This document shows positions 1-10,687 of a stretch of DNA of 64,000 bases, one piece after another. Position numbers and translations under genes: made by a program. How positions within the stretch are numbered: the first letter of the stretch is position 1; every line of letters begins with the position of its first letter. This DNA is from an uncultured Acidimicrobiia bacterium (GTDB taxonomy: Bacteria > Actinomycetota > Acidimicrobiia > Spongiisociales > UBA5794): the NCBI GenBank assembly GCA_963714375.1, contig CAVQOG010000003.1, forward strand, positions 297,457 through 361,456, written 5' to 3'. The notes under the pieces are model-generated. The model ran no database searches. It was not told where the DNA came from and saw only the letters and a program-made list of their open reading frames with translations.

Positions 1-1046
1 GCACAGGGCGCCGATCGAAGCGGCACGACTATCTCCGCAGCATCCTCCCGGTGGTCACGGGGGCCGAGGCCGGGTTCGCTGTCAACAACAACGCTGGTGC
101 TCTTCTGCTCGCTCTGGCGTCGGTTGCGGGAGGGGGCGGCAAGGTCGCTGTGTCTCGCGGCGAGCTGATTGAGATCGGCGGTTCGTTCCGGTTGCCGTCG
201 TTGATGGAGGCCTCGGGGGCAATCCTTGTCGAGGTCGGCACAACAAACAGAACACGCCTCTCTGACTACGAGGCCGTCGCTGGCGATGTCGCCGCAATCC
301 TGAAGGTGCATCCGTCGAACTACCGCATCGATGGCTTTGCCGAGGAAGCAACGTATGCGGATCTCGCTGCCCTCGCTTCGTCGACGGGGATCCCGTTTAT
401 TGCGGATGTTGGAAGTGGCCTCCTCGATGCATCCGCTCCCTGGTTGGGCGACGGTGATCGCCGGTGGCTCGCATCGGAACCCGGGGTACGGCAAACCGTT
501 GAACAGGGTGCAAGCATGGTCCTCTTCAGTGGCGACAAACTCCTCGGTGGTCCCCAAGCAGGAGTCATCGTCGGCACCGCCGATGCCGTCCGGCAGGCAA
601 TGGACCATCCGATCGCGCGGGCAGTTCGACTCGACGGATCATCAATCGCTGCACTCGCTGCCACGATCGATCTGTATGCCGAGTCCAGGGTGCTTGAGAT
701 CCCTTTCTGGGGAATGGCTTCGGCTTCAGTTGTCGAGATACGAGACCGAGCCACGGCGGCTGTTGCCGCTGCGATCGCTGCCACTGCGATTGGGGGAACA
801 AGTGATCGAGTATCGGTCATTGATGGCGAGTCGATCCCCGGCGCAGGGTCTGTTCCCGGAGAATCGATTCCCACCGCCTTGATACGGCTGGAGGGTCCGA
901 CTGACGGAATCTGGGCCAGCCTCGCAAGATCGGAACCGCCGGTGATTGCGAGCCGCAGGGACGGAGCAGTGTTCATTGATCTTCGCTCCGTTGACCCCGG
1001 CGACGACAAGGTGGTTGCAGCAGCCATTGCTGCAGCGGTGAGCTGA
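1..1046 (+). CDS. selA: L-seryl-tRNA(Sec) selenium transferase (selenocysteine synthase), 5'-truncated at the window edge
   Basis: ORF 51..1046, frame open back to position 1. Motifs [17 protein letters not shown] (SelA PLP-lysine region) and [11 protein letters not shown] stop at 1044-1046 abuts the selB start. Confidence 0.85.
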   Translation, partial: TGRRSKRHDYLRSILPVVTGAEAGFAVNNNAGALLLALASVAGGGGKVAVSRGELIEIGGSFRLPSLMEASGAILVEVGTTNRTRLSDYEAVAGDVAAILKVHPSNYRIDGFAEEATYADLAALASSTGIPFIADVGSGLLDASAPWLGDGDRRWLASEPGVRQTVEQGASMVLFSGDKLLGGPQAGVIVGTADAVRQAMDHPIARAVRLDGSSIAALAATIDLYAESRVLEIPFWGMASASVVEIRDRATAAVAAAIAATAIGGTSDRVSVIDGESIPGAGSVPGESIPTALIRLEGPTDGIWASLARSEPPVIASRRDGAVFIDLRSVDPGDDKVVAAAIAAAVS

Positions 1047-1047
1047 C

Positions 1048-2817
1048 GTGCCCATCATCGGAACCGCCGGCCACGTCGACCACGGCAAATCAACGCTCGT
1101 CATGGCCCTTACCGGCCGGGATCCCGATCGATGGAAGGAAGAGAAGGATCGAGGACTCACAATCGATCTCGGCTTCGCGTGGGCTGACATCGGTGGAACT
1201 GAGTTCGGATTTGTGGACGTCCCCGGTCACGAACGGTTCATCAAGAACATGCTCGCCGGCGTCGTCGCTGTCGATATCACCCTCCTCGTCGTGGCGGCTG
1301 ATTCGGGTTGGATGCCTCAGACGGAAGAGCATGTGCGGGTTCTCGATCTCCTTGGAGCGTCGGTGGGAGTTATTGCGGTCACACGGACTGACCTTGTGGA
1401 TCAAGACACCTTGGATCTCGCCATACTTGAGATTGCCGAAGAGGTCGTTGGCACGGGTCTTGAGTCTTGGCCCATCGTCGCTGTTTCGGCGGTGACAGGA
1501 TCCGGTATCGACGACCTTCGAGACACGATTTCATCGATCGCAGCAACAACTTTTTCCGATGTCGACGGCGTATTCAGAATGTGGGTTGACCGAAGCTTCG
1601 TCATCCACGGGTCGGGCGTCGTCGTCACAGGAACGGTGCAACGAGGTTCCCTGACGATCGACGACGCGGTGGAGATCCAGCCTTATGGACTCGTGACACG
1701 CGTGCGAGGTCTCCATCATCACGATGCTGGGGTCGATGCTGTCCACGCAGGACAGCGGGCCGCCATCAATCTGGCGGGTGTGAACATCACGCAAGTCAAG
1801 CGGGGTACGTTGCTTGCGGCACCGGGAACCTCGCAAGCGGCAACCAGGATGCTGATAGCGCCGCTCCATGCACGGGGATACGACGAACTGCCCACCCGGG
1901 GGTCGTACCATGTCCACTCTGGTACGGCAGATCGCACGGCGACGGTTCGCTCCATTTCGCCGACCGTCACATCACTCATCTTCTCCGACGCTCTGCCTGC
2001 AGTCGTTGGTGATCGAGTCATCATCCGAGAGAGCGGCCGTCAGGCGGTCGTTGCCGGTGGGACAGTGATTGATCCGGATCCGAGCCGAGATGCGACCCGG
2101 GACGAGATCGATGCATTGAGCGATGGGGTGATGGGGGCAGATGGCCCGGACGCGGTTGCTGATGCCCTGCTTGAGTCCCGTGGCTCATCAGCGTTGGAAG
2201 CTCTTGCCCGGAGCACTGGTGGAGGGATTCCGTCAACTCCATTCGTTGTGGGAACCACTGCGCTCTCTGCGAGTTTTGTCGAACTCGAAGCTTCTCATGC
2301 CATAGAGATCGTGAGCGAATACCACCAGGAGCATCCCAAGAGGGATGGGATCGCGAACGCCGAGCTTGCAAGTCGTATCGGAGTCGACGTGCACATTCTC
2401 GCTCGCCTTGTGACCGACTCGCCAGATCTAGAGGGATCGAACGGTGTGGTTCGACTCGCATCCTTCTCAAACGCGTTGTCCGGCACCGATGAGGCAGCGT
2501 GGACAGCTGTCCGCGAGAGTCTTGAGAAATCGTTTGATGTTGCACGGGCAAGCGATCTTCCGCTTGACCGCGACATCACGCATTCACTCCTGAGAAGGGG
2601 TGACCTCGTTCGGATTGATGCTGACCTCGTATTCACCGCGCATCAGATCGAGGAGCTGACATCGCGAATCGGAGAGCTCAGCGACGGGTTCACGGTGAGC
2701 GAGTTCAAGGACCATTTCGGCATGGCACGACGTCAAGCCATACCGCTGCTCGAGTGGTTCGACAAGGAAGGAATCACACGCCGCGAAGGAGACGGACGGC
2801 TCGTTCGAAACCGCTAG
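1048..2817 (+). CDS. selB: selenocysteine-specific elongation factor SelB
   Basis: GTG start. N-terminus [17 protein letters not shown] (GTP-binding P-loop) followed by DxxG and NKxD-type EF-Tu-like domains. 589 aa with a long C-terminal winged-helix region typical of SelB. Coupled to selA. Confidence 0.9.
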   Translation: MPIIGTAGHVDHGKSTLVMALTGRDPDRWKEEKDRGLTIDLGFAWADIGGTEFGFVDVPGHERFIKNMLAGVVAVDITLLVVAADSGWMPQTEEHVRVLDLLGASVGVIAVTRTDLVDQDTLDLAILEIAEEVVGTGLESWPIVAVSAVTGSGIDDLRDTISSIAATTFSDVDGVFRMWVDRSFVIHGSGVVVTGTVQRGSLTIDDAVEIQPYGLVTRVRGLHHHDAGVDAVHAGQRAAINLAGVNITQVKRGTLLAAPGTSQAATRMLIAPLHARGYDELPTRGSYHVHSGTADRTATVRSISPTVTSLIFSDALPAVVGDRVIIRESGRQAVVAGGTVIDPDPSRDATRDEIDALSDGVMGADGPDAVADALLESRGSSALEALARSTGGGIPSTPFVVGTTALSASFVELEASHAIEIVSEYHQEHPKRDGIANAELASRIGVDVHILARLVTDSPDLEGSNGVVRLASFSNALSGTDEAAWTAVRESLEKSFDVARASDLPLDRDITHSLLRRGDLVRIDADLVFTAHQIEELTSRIGELSDGFTVSEFKDHFGMARRQAIPLLEWFDKEGITRREGDGRLVRNR

Positions 2818-3065
2818 CTGTAGGACAGGGCGTGGCGGCGTTCGGCCTCAGTGAGTCCTCCCCAGATCCCGTACGGTTCCTTGATTTCGAATGCATATTG
2901 GCGACATTCGTCAGCAACCGGGCAGATCTGGCATACGGCCTTTGCCCTGACTTCTCGGCGTTCCCGTTCGTCCTTTCGTTCTTGGGTGCTCGGTGGAAAA
3001 AAGAGGTGAGAGTGGTTCCCGCTGCACAACGCCACGGGGTGCCACGAACGATCCATCGACATCAC
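2814..3065 (-). CDS. WhiB-family (Wbl) Fe-S transcriptional regulator
   Basis: Four Cys in a C-x(n)-CQIC-x5-C arrangement plus the GIWGG turn motif and a LFFP segment. True start may be the internal MDRSWH. Confidence 0.75.
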   Translation of the reverse strand: MMSMDRSWHPVALCSGNHSHLFFPPSTQERKDERERREVRAKAVCQICPVADECRQYAFEIKEPYGIWGGLTEAERRHALSYS

Positions 3066-3201
3066 AGAAACATCCGCCCTTCGAGTTTCGAGTACTAAGC
3101 CACACGTGCCAATAGCGCACCTGACACGCGAGAACGAACCTAGCCGTCGATCACGACCTCCGCTAGGGGTATTTTTCCCGTTCTCCTACCGAGGTTCGCC
3201 T

Positions 3202-4512
3202 TCATTCGGGCACGGCTTGTGCACCGATCGGATCGACTTCAAGGAGAAGACCGGTGATCCCTACCACCTCAACGGGAGCCCCAGGTGAAATCACAACACC
3301 TCGGTCTGCCGTTGCTTGCCATCGAGCACCGTCGACCAACACCACACCGACCGGATGGAGCTCGTCGATCACCACACATCGGCGACCGATCAATTCCTCT
3401 CTGCCAACCGTTGGAGTGGCGAATCGGCCCCGAACGACAGTTGTGAGGGCGTACCAGATGAAGAAACCCGTCGCAGCGGACGCGACGATCACAAGCCAAA
3501 TTGCCGGTGGATACGCGGGTCTTGTTGACGTGAAGGTCAATCCACCCGCGACCACCAGAAGTCCGCCCAAAACCGCCCGCCATCCCACACGGTTCTGAAT
3601 GAAGCCCCATACGAGCAGCCCGAATCCAACGATGACCATGCCAACGGCCGGCCACCACATCGGCAATGTCGCCAACCCGTATCCCGCCACAATCATCGAG
3701 ATCCCCGCCACAGCTGCCATCAACCCGGACCCTGCCGCGTAGAACTCGAAAACGGCGAACGCGAGTGCAAGCACGAAGAAGAGGAACGCTGTCTCGGGAC
3801 TTGCACCCAACCGGAGGAACCGATCGACGAGTCCGATCTTGACAAAGGTGACGGGGTGGGAGGCGACGGTGACCTGCTGTCCATCGACTGTCTTGGTTGT
3901 GGCGGTATCAAGAACGAAGGACAGGTCACCACGTGTGAGCGTCAACCCATCGAGTGAAACGATGAGCTGGCCAAGTGCAGGGTCGACGCGGTCGATGAAC
4001 CCATACACGGTGGGTTCATCGACACTCGCTGTGACGGTCGAATCGGCCAACGAAGTCGCTACTGCGAGGAATGCCGCAGGGTCGTCTCCGGGACGAGCAA
4101 ACGGTGACTCGGCTCCCGATCGCAACTCAGCCGGACTGAGTAGCCCGACGACCGCTCCCGGCGCGGCCGACCGAAGATCGGCATGGTTCACCAAATACGC
4201 GGCACCTCCATAGGCGACAGCGGGACTCGGACCGATCCATGCGATGACAGGTGCATTTGCCTCAACCACCGACTGGTAGAACGGGGCCAGATCGCCGGAC
4301 GACACTCCAGGACTGTCGATCTTGAGAATGTATGCGTAGGCACCGTCGGTTTCAAGCGAGCGGCCGACGTAGTCCATGACGAGCTGATCGATCGGGCCAG
4401 AGACCTCGATGATCACAATGGGGTCTACTGACGAACCGGCAAATGCCGACACCGAAGACACCGTGGCAACCACGAGCAGGAACCCGGTAGCGATGAGTCT
4501 TGATATCCGCAC
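3202..4512 (-). CDS. NfeD-family membrane-bound serine protease (ClpP-class) with C-terminal OB domain
   Basis: Signal-like N-terminus from GTG at 4512 (VRISRLIATGFLLVVATVSSVSAFA), multi-TM middle region, C-terminal NfeD OB-fold. The ORF N-terminus beyond 4512 looks non-coding. Confidence 0.7.
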   Translation of the reverse strand: MRISRLIATGFLLVVATVSSVSAFAGSSVDPIVIIEVSGPIDQLVMDYVGRSLETDGAYAYILKIDSPGVSSGDLAPFYQSVVEANAPVIAWIGPSPAVAYGGAAYLVNHADLRSAAPGAVVGLLSPAELRSGAESPFARPGDDPAAFLAVATSLADSTVTASVDEPTVYGFIDRVDPALGQLIVSLDGLTLTRGDLSFVLDTATTKTVDGQQVTVASHPVTFVKIGLVDRFLRLGASPETAFLFFVLALAFAVFEFYAAGSGLMAAVAGISMIVAGYGLATLPMWWPAVGMVIVGFGLLVWGFIQNRVGWRAVLGGLLVVAGGLTFTSTRPAYPPAIWLVIVASAATGFFIWYALTTVVRGRFATPTVGREELIGRRCVVIDELHPVGVVLVDGARWQATADRGVVISPGAPVEVVGITGLLLEVDPIGAQAVPE

Positions 4513-4580
4513 GATCGCAGGATACGGAATCGATTTCTCGTAGTACCGAAGGAGAAACGGAGTGGAGTACCCTGTGGCGC

Positions 4581-4937
4581 ATGAGCACGATTCTTCTCGT
4601 CGCAGACACTGCTTCGGTGATCGACAAGGTACATGCGTCCCTTGGAGGGACTGATGCAACCGTCGTTGACCATGCCAATCCGAAGACCGCGTCACATGTG
4701 GCATACGAGGGTGGGTTTGATTCAGTCCTTGTTGACATGCAAGTTGATTCAATGGGTGCAATGGCGGTTGCACGCGCAGTCCGTTCCGAGGCGGGGGATG
4801 ACGAACCCATTCCGGTCACGATCCTCCTCGACCGCGAGTCCGATGCCTTCCTCGCTGGACGTTCGGGTGCGAAGAACTGGGTCTCCAGGGACTACACCTC
4901 TGCCGAGCTGCGCGAGGCTCTCGGCATTTCTGGCTGA
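4581..4937 (+). CDS. single-domain response regulator (CheY-like receiver)
   Basis: MSTILLVADT...D...D...K receiver-domain pattern. About 118 aa with no output domain. Divergent from nfeD. Start uncertain because the AAGGAG box is about 27 nt upstream. Confidence 0.55.
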   Translation: MSTILLVADTASVIDKVHASLGGTDATVVDHANPKTASHVAYEGGFDSVLVDMQVDSMGAMAVARAVRSEAGDDEPIPVTILLDRESDAFLAGRSGAKNWVSRDYTSAELREALGISG

Positions 4938-5047
4938 ACCATGTCGAGCGAATCTGACCCTGGCAGTACACGCGATCCGTTGGGATCTCCCAAAGCGTCC
5001 GTAGCAGTGGAATTCGCCACGTCGAACGCCACCCCTCCACATCGTCA

Positions 5048-6322
5048 ATGTCCTTTGCCGGGGCGCTAATGAATGTCGACACAATCGCGTATCTGGTGAT
5101 CCTTGCCGTCTGCACAGCAGGATCGGGATTCTTCTCCGGTTCCGAAACCGCACTGATCGGGATCTCACGCGAGCGAGTGCACCAACTCGCAGAGGACAGC
5201 GACTCTGGACGAAAGCTCGAGCGGCTCATCGCAGAGCCGGAGCGGATGCTGTCAACACTTCTCGTCGCAAACAACACGGTGAACGTTCTATCGGCGTCTG
5301 TTGCCACCATCCTGTTCATTTCACTGGTTGGCGATGCATGGGGACCGTGGGTTGCAACCATCGTCATGACTGCGGTGCTGCTCGTCTTCGGAGAGATCAC
5401 TCCCAAGACGATCGCCGCCCGGCATCCCGAGAGTTTCTCTCTCAGAGTCGCGCCAACGATCTGGAACCTGTCGATCTTCCTCGCACCCATTGCGAGCTTC
5501 TTTTCGGCCATCACACGGTGGCTCCTCCGTCTGTTGCGCGTGAGTGGGACGGCGTCAGGTGATGGAGTCACCGACGATGACATCCGGGCACTCGCTGCCC
5601 TTGGCGAACGCGGCGGACACATTGAGGAGGCAGAGCGGGAGATCATCGATGCTCTCTTCCATCTCGACGATCGATCTGTCCGCGAAGTGATGACACCACG
5701 CCTCGACATCGTGACCCTTTCGACGCCGCTGACGTCCGACGACATTCGGGAGGTGGTATCGGCAACAGGGCATTCGCGCTTTCCTGTGACGAGCGGTGAG
5801 CTCGACGACCTCGTGGGTGTCATCCACGTCAAGGATTTGCTTCAGAACCCCGACTATGAGAACTCGGACGACCTCACCAGCTTGATCCGAACACCGAACT
5901 ATGTGCCGGAGACGATGTCGATCCTCGACACGCTCTCGGCCATGCGATCGAGCCGGTACGGCATGGCAGTCGTTGTCGACGAGCACGGCGGTGTTGAGGG
6001 CGTCGTGACCATAAAGGATCTGGTAGCGGAGCTCGTGGGCGAGCTTCAGGACGAGTACGACCCTCGGACACCATCAATCGTCCAGATCGGGCCAGCATTG
6101 TGGATCGCGGACGGGAAGCTCGACATCGACGATCTTGAAGACGTTCTTGATATCGCGGATCTCAGCGTTGGTCCCTATTCGACCGTCGGTGGATACATCA
6201 TGGCGATGTACGGACGGGTACCGGCAGATGGCGATCAGATGTCGGAAAACGGGATCCGATACACGGTCCTTTCCATGGACAGGCAGCGAGTTGATCGGGT
6301 CAGAGTCGAGAGACTCGACTGA
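5048..6322 (+). CDS. HlyC/CorC (CNNM) family transporter, DUF21-CBS-CorC_HlyC
   Basis: N-terminal DUF21 four-TM domain, paired CBS domains, C-terminal CorC/HlyC transporter-associated domain. Confidence 0.8.
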   Translation: MSFAGALMNVDTIAYLVILAVCTAGSGFFSGSETALIGISRERVHQLAEDSDSGRKLERLIAEPERMLSTLLVANNTVNVLSASVATILFISLVGDAWGPWVATIVMTAVLLVFGEITPKTIAARHPESFSLRVAPTIWNLSIFLAPIASFFSAITRWLLRLLRVSGTASGDGVTDDDIRALAALGERGGHIEEAEREIIDALFHLDDRSVREVMTPRLDIVTLSTPLTSDDIREVVSATGHSRFPVTSGELDDLVGVIHVKDLLQNPDYENSDDLTSLIRTPNYVPETMSILDTLSAMRSSRYGMAVVVDEHGGVEGVVTIKDLVAELVGELQDEYDPRTPSIVQIGPALWIADGKLDIDDLEDVLDIADLSVGPYSTVGGYIMAMYGRVPADGDQMSENGIRYTVLSMDRQRVDRVRVERLD

Positions 6323-6340
6323 CCGATACAATTCTCTCAT

Positions 6341-6417
6341 CGGGACGTGGCGCAGCACGGCAGCGCGCATCGTTCGGGACGATGAGGTCGTCGGTTCAAA
6401 TCCGACCGTCCCGACCA
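6341..6417 (+). tRNA. tRNA-Pro (anticodon CGG)
   Basis: Hand-folded cloverleaf: acceptor CGGGACG/CGTCCCG, D-stem GCGC/GCGC, anticodon stem CATCG/CGATG with loop TTCGGGA (G37), T-stem GTCGG/CCGAC with TTCAAAT loop, discriminator A, encoded CCA. Confidence 0.85.
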
Positions 6418-6418
6418 A

Positions 6419-6444
6419 GCCCCTCTCGCTCGACGCGGAGGGGC
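6419..6444 (+). terminator. GC hairpin immediately 3' of tRNA-Pro
   Basis: GCCCCTC...GAGGGGC stem followed by a U-poor tail. A second hairpin ACCCACC-A6-GGTGGGT lies at 6493-6516. Confidence 0.35.
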
Positions 6445-6517
6445 TTCCTCATTTCTGCGTGTCTCGGTGCATTACTTCGTTCTGTGGGCTGTGACCCACC
6501 AAAAAAGGTGGGTTCAT

Positions 6518-6531
6518 ACCCTGGGTACGCG
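6518..6531. repeat. family-A palindromic repeat, right-arm fragment (CCCTGGGTACGCG)
   Basis: Matches the right arm of the full palindromic copy at 34733-34786. Confidence 0.4.
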
Positions 6532-6537
6532 AAATCG

Positions 6538-7326
6538 TTACTTGCCGGTGAAGGTTGGCTTTCGCTTTTCGATGAAGGCCGAGATGCCTTCGTAGAAGTC
6601 TTGTGTTTCGCCGGCAGCGAGGATCGACTTGGCTTCGGCAGACATTTGCTCAACCGGGCTGTTCGCATGCGTCGACTGCAGGAGCTTCCTTGCTCGGACG
6701 TACGCCTGGGTTGGTCCCTTGGCCAAACGGCCTGCGAGCTTTGCGACCGCTTCGTCGAATCTGTCAGCTTCTGCGACCTCATTGACGAGTCCAAGGGCGA
6801 GTGCCTCGTTGGCATCGAGCAGACGGTTCGTCAGGATCAACTCCATCGCAACCCTGCTCCCCACCAGCCTCGGAAGGAAGAAGGTGCTCGACCCGTCGGG
6901 TGATACACCGATGCCCGTGTACGCCATGGTGAACACGGCTGCATCTGACGCAACCGCAAGGTCGGTCGCAAGTGCCACACCCATACCTGCTCCCGCGACG
7001 ACACCGTTGATGGCCGCGATCGTCGGGAACGGAAGCTCAAGCATTGTCTCGATGGCGCCGTGGACGGCGTCGAGAACCTGCTGCATCACGTCGTGGGGGT
7101 TGTCGCGGTTGTCGTAGAAGGACTGAACATCTCCCCCGGCACAGAATCCGCGACCGGTGCCGGTGAGCACGAGAACCCGGACCGCGGGATTTTCTCCGAG
7201 CTCGGTGAGCGCTTCGCCCAATGCCGTCGCCATTGGGATAGACAACGCGTTCATCGAATCGGGGGTATTGAGCCTCACCGTGGCGATGCCCCCGTCCTGC
7301 GATACAACGACCAGATCTTCAGACAA
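6538..7326 (-). CDS. enoyl-CoA hydratase/isomerase (crotonase) family protein
   Basis: GFCAGGD oxyanion-hole motif and crotonase-fold length of 262 aa. Confidence 0.85.
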   Translation of the reverse strand: MSEDLVVVSQDGGIATVRLNTPDSMNALSIPMATALGEALTELGENPAVRVLVLTGTGRGFCAGGDVQSFYDNRDNPHDVMQQVLDAVHGAIETMLELPFPTIAAINGVVAGAGMGVALATDLAVASDAAVFTMAYTGIGVSPDGSSTFFLPRLVGSRVAMELILTNRLLDANEALALGLVNEVAEADRFDEAVAKLAGRLAKGPTQAYVRARKLLQSTHANSPVEQMSAEAKSILAAGETQDFYEGISAFIEKRKPTFTGK

Positions 7327-7393
7327 CGCCTACTCCTTCTCTACTTGACCTTGCGCCCGCACGACGATACAACGCCGATCACCAGCTGGTATC

Positions 7394-7443
7394 ACGTACC
7401 CAGGGTTCGGTTGGACAAATATGTCCACTGGAGCCCACAGAAC
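7394..7443. repeat. family-A GC-rich palindromic intergenic repeat
   Basis: CACGTACCCAGGGTTCGGTTGGACAAATATGTCCACTGGAGCCCACAGAAC. Inner inverted repeat TTGGACA/TGTCCA. Located between the asd stop and the echA start. Confidence 0.6.
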
Positions 7444-7457
7444 ACCGACCGATGGTC

Positions 7458-8486
7458 TCAATCAATGAGGAGTTCCGCTAGCTCGACCGCGTTGAGCGCT
7501 GCGCCTTTTCTGAGGTTGTCGCCAATCGCGAACAAGCTGATACCACCGGAATGGCCCGCGGTCTCGCGGAGGCGACCAATCAGGACGTCGTCGATTCCCG
7601 CGGAATCGAGTGGGGTGGGAACCTTCCGGTCATCCCAAAGCTGCACTCCTTCGGCCGTCCCAAGCACCGCTACAGCCTCATCAAGGTCCATTGCTCTGTC
7701 GAACCACATCGTTGCTGCTATCCCGTGCCCGACCATCACAGGCACCCGGACGCATGTCGGTTCAACTGCTATTGATTGTCGGTCAAGGATCTTGCGGGTC
7801 TCGTTGACGAGCTTCCATTCCTCGTCCGTGTATCCGCCCTCGGTGATCGAACCCGCGAGGGGGAGCACGTTGTAGCCGATTGGCCGCGAATACAGGCTGC
7901 CCTCGGGTTCTTCCCAAGCACCCGACACGAGGGCTTCGCGATCCTTGTTGAAGAAGTCGATCTCGGTCTCGAGCTGTCGAATCCCTGTTTGACCACTTCC
8001 CGAAACACTCTGGTATGACGATGCAATAAGCGTCTTGAGCCCTGCCGCCTTGTGGAGTGGACCCGCTGCCATGAGGAGCGCCATGGTGGTGCAGTTCGGG
8101 TTCGCGACGATTCCGTTGTGCGTCCTGATCGCCGCGTCATTCACATTTGCAACAACGAGTGGCACGTCGTCCGCCATTCGGAATGCTGACGAGTTGTCAA
8201 TGACGGTCGCTCCTGCGCTCACGAAGCGGGGGGCATACTCGGTCGACCGAGCTCCACCAGCTGAGAACAGGGCGATGTCGATCCCCGCAGGGTCCGCCTT
8301 CGCGAGATCTTCCACCACCACATCACCCCACCGTGTGGGAATCAACGAACCTGCGCTGTTCGCCGAAGCCATCAGTCGCAACTCGGAGGCTGGGAATCCG
8401 CGCTCTTCGAGGATGGAGAGCATGGTTGTTCCTACGGCGCCAGTCGCGCCGACAACGGCGACCCGTGGAGTGGTAAACGTTTTCAT
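7458..8486 (-). CDS. asd: aspartate-semialdehyde dehydrogenase
   Basis: VAVVGATGAVG Rossmann motif and the active-site region SAGGAR...CTT. Start taken as the internal ATG at 8486, 13 nt after the ask stop. The ORF-track start at 8525 would overlap ask. Confidence 0.9.
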   Translation of the reverse strand: MKTFTTPRVAVVGATGAVGTTMLSILEERGFPASELRLMASANSAGSLIPTRWGDVVVEDLAKADPAGIDIALFSAGGARSTEYAPRFVSAGATVIDNSSAFRMADDVPLVVANVNDAAIRTHNGIVANPNCTTMALLMAAGPLHKAAGLKTLIASSYQSVSGSGQTGIRQLETEIDFFNKDREALVSGAWEEPEGSLYSRPIGYNVLPLAGSITEGGYTDEEWKLVNETRKILDRQSIAVEPTCVRVPVMVGHGIAATMWFDRAMDLDEAVAVLGTAEGVQLWDDRKVPTPLDSAGIDDVLIGRLRETAGHSGGISLFAIGDNLRKGAALNAVELAELLID

Positions 8487-8499
8487 CGGGTGACCTTTG

Positions 8500-9720
8500 T
8501 CAGGAAGTCGGTCCGTCGAGTCCAAGACCAGTATGGAGAGCCTTCACCGCTTCGCCAACTCGATCGGCGCGCACAACACACGAGATCCGGATCGTGGACG
8601 TCGAGATCATCTCGATGTTGATTCCCTCGTCGGACAGGAGGCGGAACATCCGCGCAGCGACACCCGACTCGGTCTTCATGCCTATCCCGACAACGGAGAT
8701 CCTGGCAATCTCGCTGTCAACAGTGACCCCGCCAGCTCCGACTGACGCTGCAACCACTTCGGATTCCTTCGTAGCTACGTCGACCGAGGCACCGGGGACC
8801 GTGAAAGAAATGTCAGTTGATCCGTCATGGCTGACGTTCTGAACGATCATGTCAACATTGACACCCGCCACAGCAAGGGCCTCGAACAAGCTCGCGGCAA
8901 CGCCTGGCGTATCGGGAACCCGGTAGACCGTAACCTTTGCCTCGGTTTCGTCGTGTGCGATACCGCGAACGACTGCCTGCTCCATCGTTTCCTCCTTGAC
9001 CCATGTGCCTTCGCCGTCGTGGAACGACGATCTGACATGGATGGGAATATTGAATCGTCTCCCAAACTCGACGGAGCGTGGCATCAAGACGCCAGCCCCA
9101 GCGGATGCGAGTTCGAGCATCTCCTCATAGTTGATCTCGTCGATCTTCGTTGCGCCTTCGACCAGTCTCGGGTCAGCTGTGAAGACGCCGTCGACATCCG
9201 TGTATATCTCACACCGGTCGGCTTCGAGTGCCGCCGCCAGCGCAACGGCGGTTGCGTCTGATCCCCCGCGACCAAGAGTTGTGACATCCCGCGAATCGGG
9301 ATCAACCCCTTGGAATCCCGCAACGATGACGACCTTTCCCTCATCGAGCGCTTCGCGGACGCGGTTCGCACGTATCTCAACGATCTCCGCTCGCCCGTGT
9401 CTGCCCGTTGTGAGAATCCCTGCTTGCGACCCGGTCAACGACGTAGCGGCAATACCAAGATCTTGTATGGCCATGGCAACAAGGGCCATCGTGACCCGCT
9501 CTCCGGCCGTCAGGAGCATGTCAAGCTCTCGTGGATGGGATCTGTCGGACACATCTGCAGCGAGTTCAAGCAGTTCATCGGTTCGGGTCCCCATGGCACT
9601 GACGACCGCCACAACTTCGTTACCCGAGGTAAAGGTGTCCACGATGCGTGCCGCCACATGTCTGATGCGGTCGGCATCGGCAACCGACGTGCCACCATAT
9701 TTCTGAATGACGAGGGCCAT
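8500..9720 (-). CDS. ask: aspartate kinase
   Basis: [13 protein letters not shown] start, amino-acid kinase fold, C-terminal tandem ACT domains. ask-asd operon arrangement. Confidence 0.9.
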   Translation of the reverse strand: MALVIQKYGGTSVADADRIRHVAARIVDTFTSGNEVVAVVSAMGTRTDELLELAADVSDRSHPRELDMLLTAGERVTMALVAMAIQDLGIAATSLTGSQAGILTTGRHGRAEIVEIRANRVREALDEGKVVIVAGFQGVDPDSRDVTTLGRGGSDATAVALAAALEADRCEIYTDVDGVFTADPRLVEGATKIDEINYEEMLELASAGAGVLMPRSVEFGRRFNIPIHVRSSFHDGEGTWVKEETMEQAVVRGIAHDETEAKVTVYRVPDTPGVAASLFEALAVAGVNVDMIVQNVSHDGSTDISFTVPGASVDVATKESEVVAASVGAGGVTVDSEIARISVVGIGMKTESGVAARMFRLLSDEGINIEMISTSTIRISCVVRADRVGEAVKALHTGLGLDGPTS

Positions 9721-9768
9721 GAGCCGAAAGTGTAGGTGTAGACACTCTCGTCCCATACTCTCCCGGCC

Positions 9769-10509
9769 ATGTACACGAAGGTCCTCACATCCCTCATCGT
9801 CGCGGTCGCCCTTTTCGCCGCCTCCTGCTCATCGTCTGGTTCCGAAACGACGACCTCAATGACCTCAGCGACAACCATCACACAAGCAACGACGTCAGCC
9901 CTGTCGCTGCCTCCGTCGGATTACTCAGGGTTCCGCTCCCAGCCCACCGCCTGCGGTGGCGAGCAACCCGAACCAGTCACAGAGATGACGTTCGATGAAC
10001 CCGACGACATGGACGTCACCGAACCGACGATCGTGACCCTCACCACATCGTGTGGACCGATCGAGATCACATTGGACCCGACCCTCGCCCCTGAAACGGT
10101 CAACTCGTTTGTGTTCCTTGCTCAAGCGGGCTACTTCGACGGATCGGCTTCCCATCGGGTGGTTCCCGGATTCATGGTGCAAGCAGGTGATCCAACCGCA
10201 ACCGGTCGCGGCGGACCAGGCTACGCGATCCCAGATGAGCCCCCAGCAGATGGGTTCCTCTATGACGAGGGTGTCGTTGCCATGGCGAACGCCGGGTCCG
10301 GCACCACCGGCAGTCAATTCTTCATCATGGTCGGGGAGGCCGACTGGCTTCCGGCGAAGTACTCCGTGTTCGGGCTTGTTACCGGCGGGTTCGAAACACT
10401 CGCCGCAATCGAGCAGATACCGCTCGGCATGAACCCGTCGGGGGCAGATTCGTCGCCGTCGACTCCTCTCGAGACGCTCTACATCGAATCAGTTGTCGTC
10501 AATCGGTAA
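9769..10509 (+). CDS. cyclophilin-type peptidyl-prolyl cis-trans isomerase, lipoprotein
   Basis: Signal peptide plus lipobox (LFAASC). Cyclophilin motifs [14 protein letters not shown]...GTGG and FFIMVG. Confidence 0.85.
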   Translation: MYTKVLTSLIVAVALFAASCSSSGSETTTSMTSATTITQATTSALSLPPSDYSGFRSQPTACGGEQPEPVTEMTFDEPDDMDVTEPTIVTLTTSCGPIEITLDPTLAPETVNSFVFLAQAGYFDGSASHRVVPGFMVQAGDPTATGRGGPGYAIPDEPPADGFLYDEGVVAMANAGSGTTGSQFFIMVGEADWLPAKYSVFGLVTGGFETLAAIEQIPLGMNPSGADSSPSTPLETLYIESVVVNR

Positions 10510-10519
10510 TCTGTCTCAC

Positions 10520-10687
10520 ATGGCAACGGACAAACGCGACAGGCAGCGGGCAAACCGCGAGTTGAAGAAGGAAGAGCAAGCCAAGGCAAACGTCAAGAAG
10601 AGGCGCATGGACATTGTCAAGCGCTATGCGGGTTACACCGTCATCTTTGCCATTGCGCTTATTGCGCTCAAGGTCTTCTTCGGTTGA
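10520..10687 (+). CDS. small tail-anchored membrane protein (hypothetical)
   Basis: K/R-rich N-terminus and a single C-terminal TM helix (YTVIFAIALIALKVFFG). Start chosen as the internal MATDKRDR. Confidence 0.3.
   Translation: MATDKRDRQRANRELKKEEQAKANVKKRRMDIVKRYAGYTVIFAIALIALKVFFG

Noticed and set aside
2818-3200. possible tRNA-Sec (selC) next to selB
   Set aside because: No segment folds into the long-acceptor, long-variable-arm tRNA-Sec structure. The GAGGTTCGCC stretch lacks a matching T-stem.
4816-5832. 338-aa minus-strand ORF
   Set aside because: Lies antisense to the well-supported response-regulator and CorC/HlyC genes. Product is Arg/Ser-rich low-complexity sequence typical of GC-rich antisense frames.
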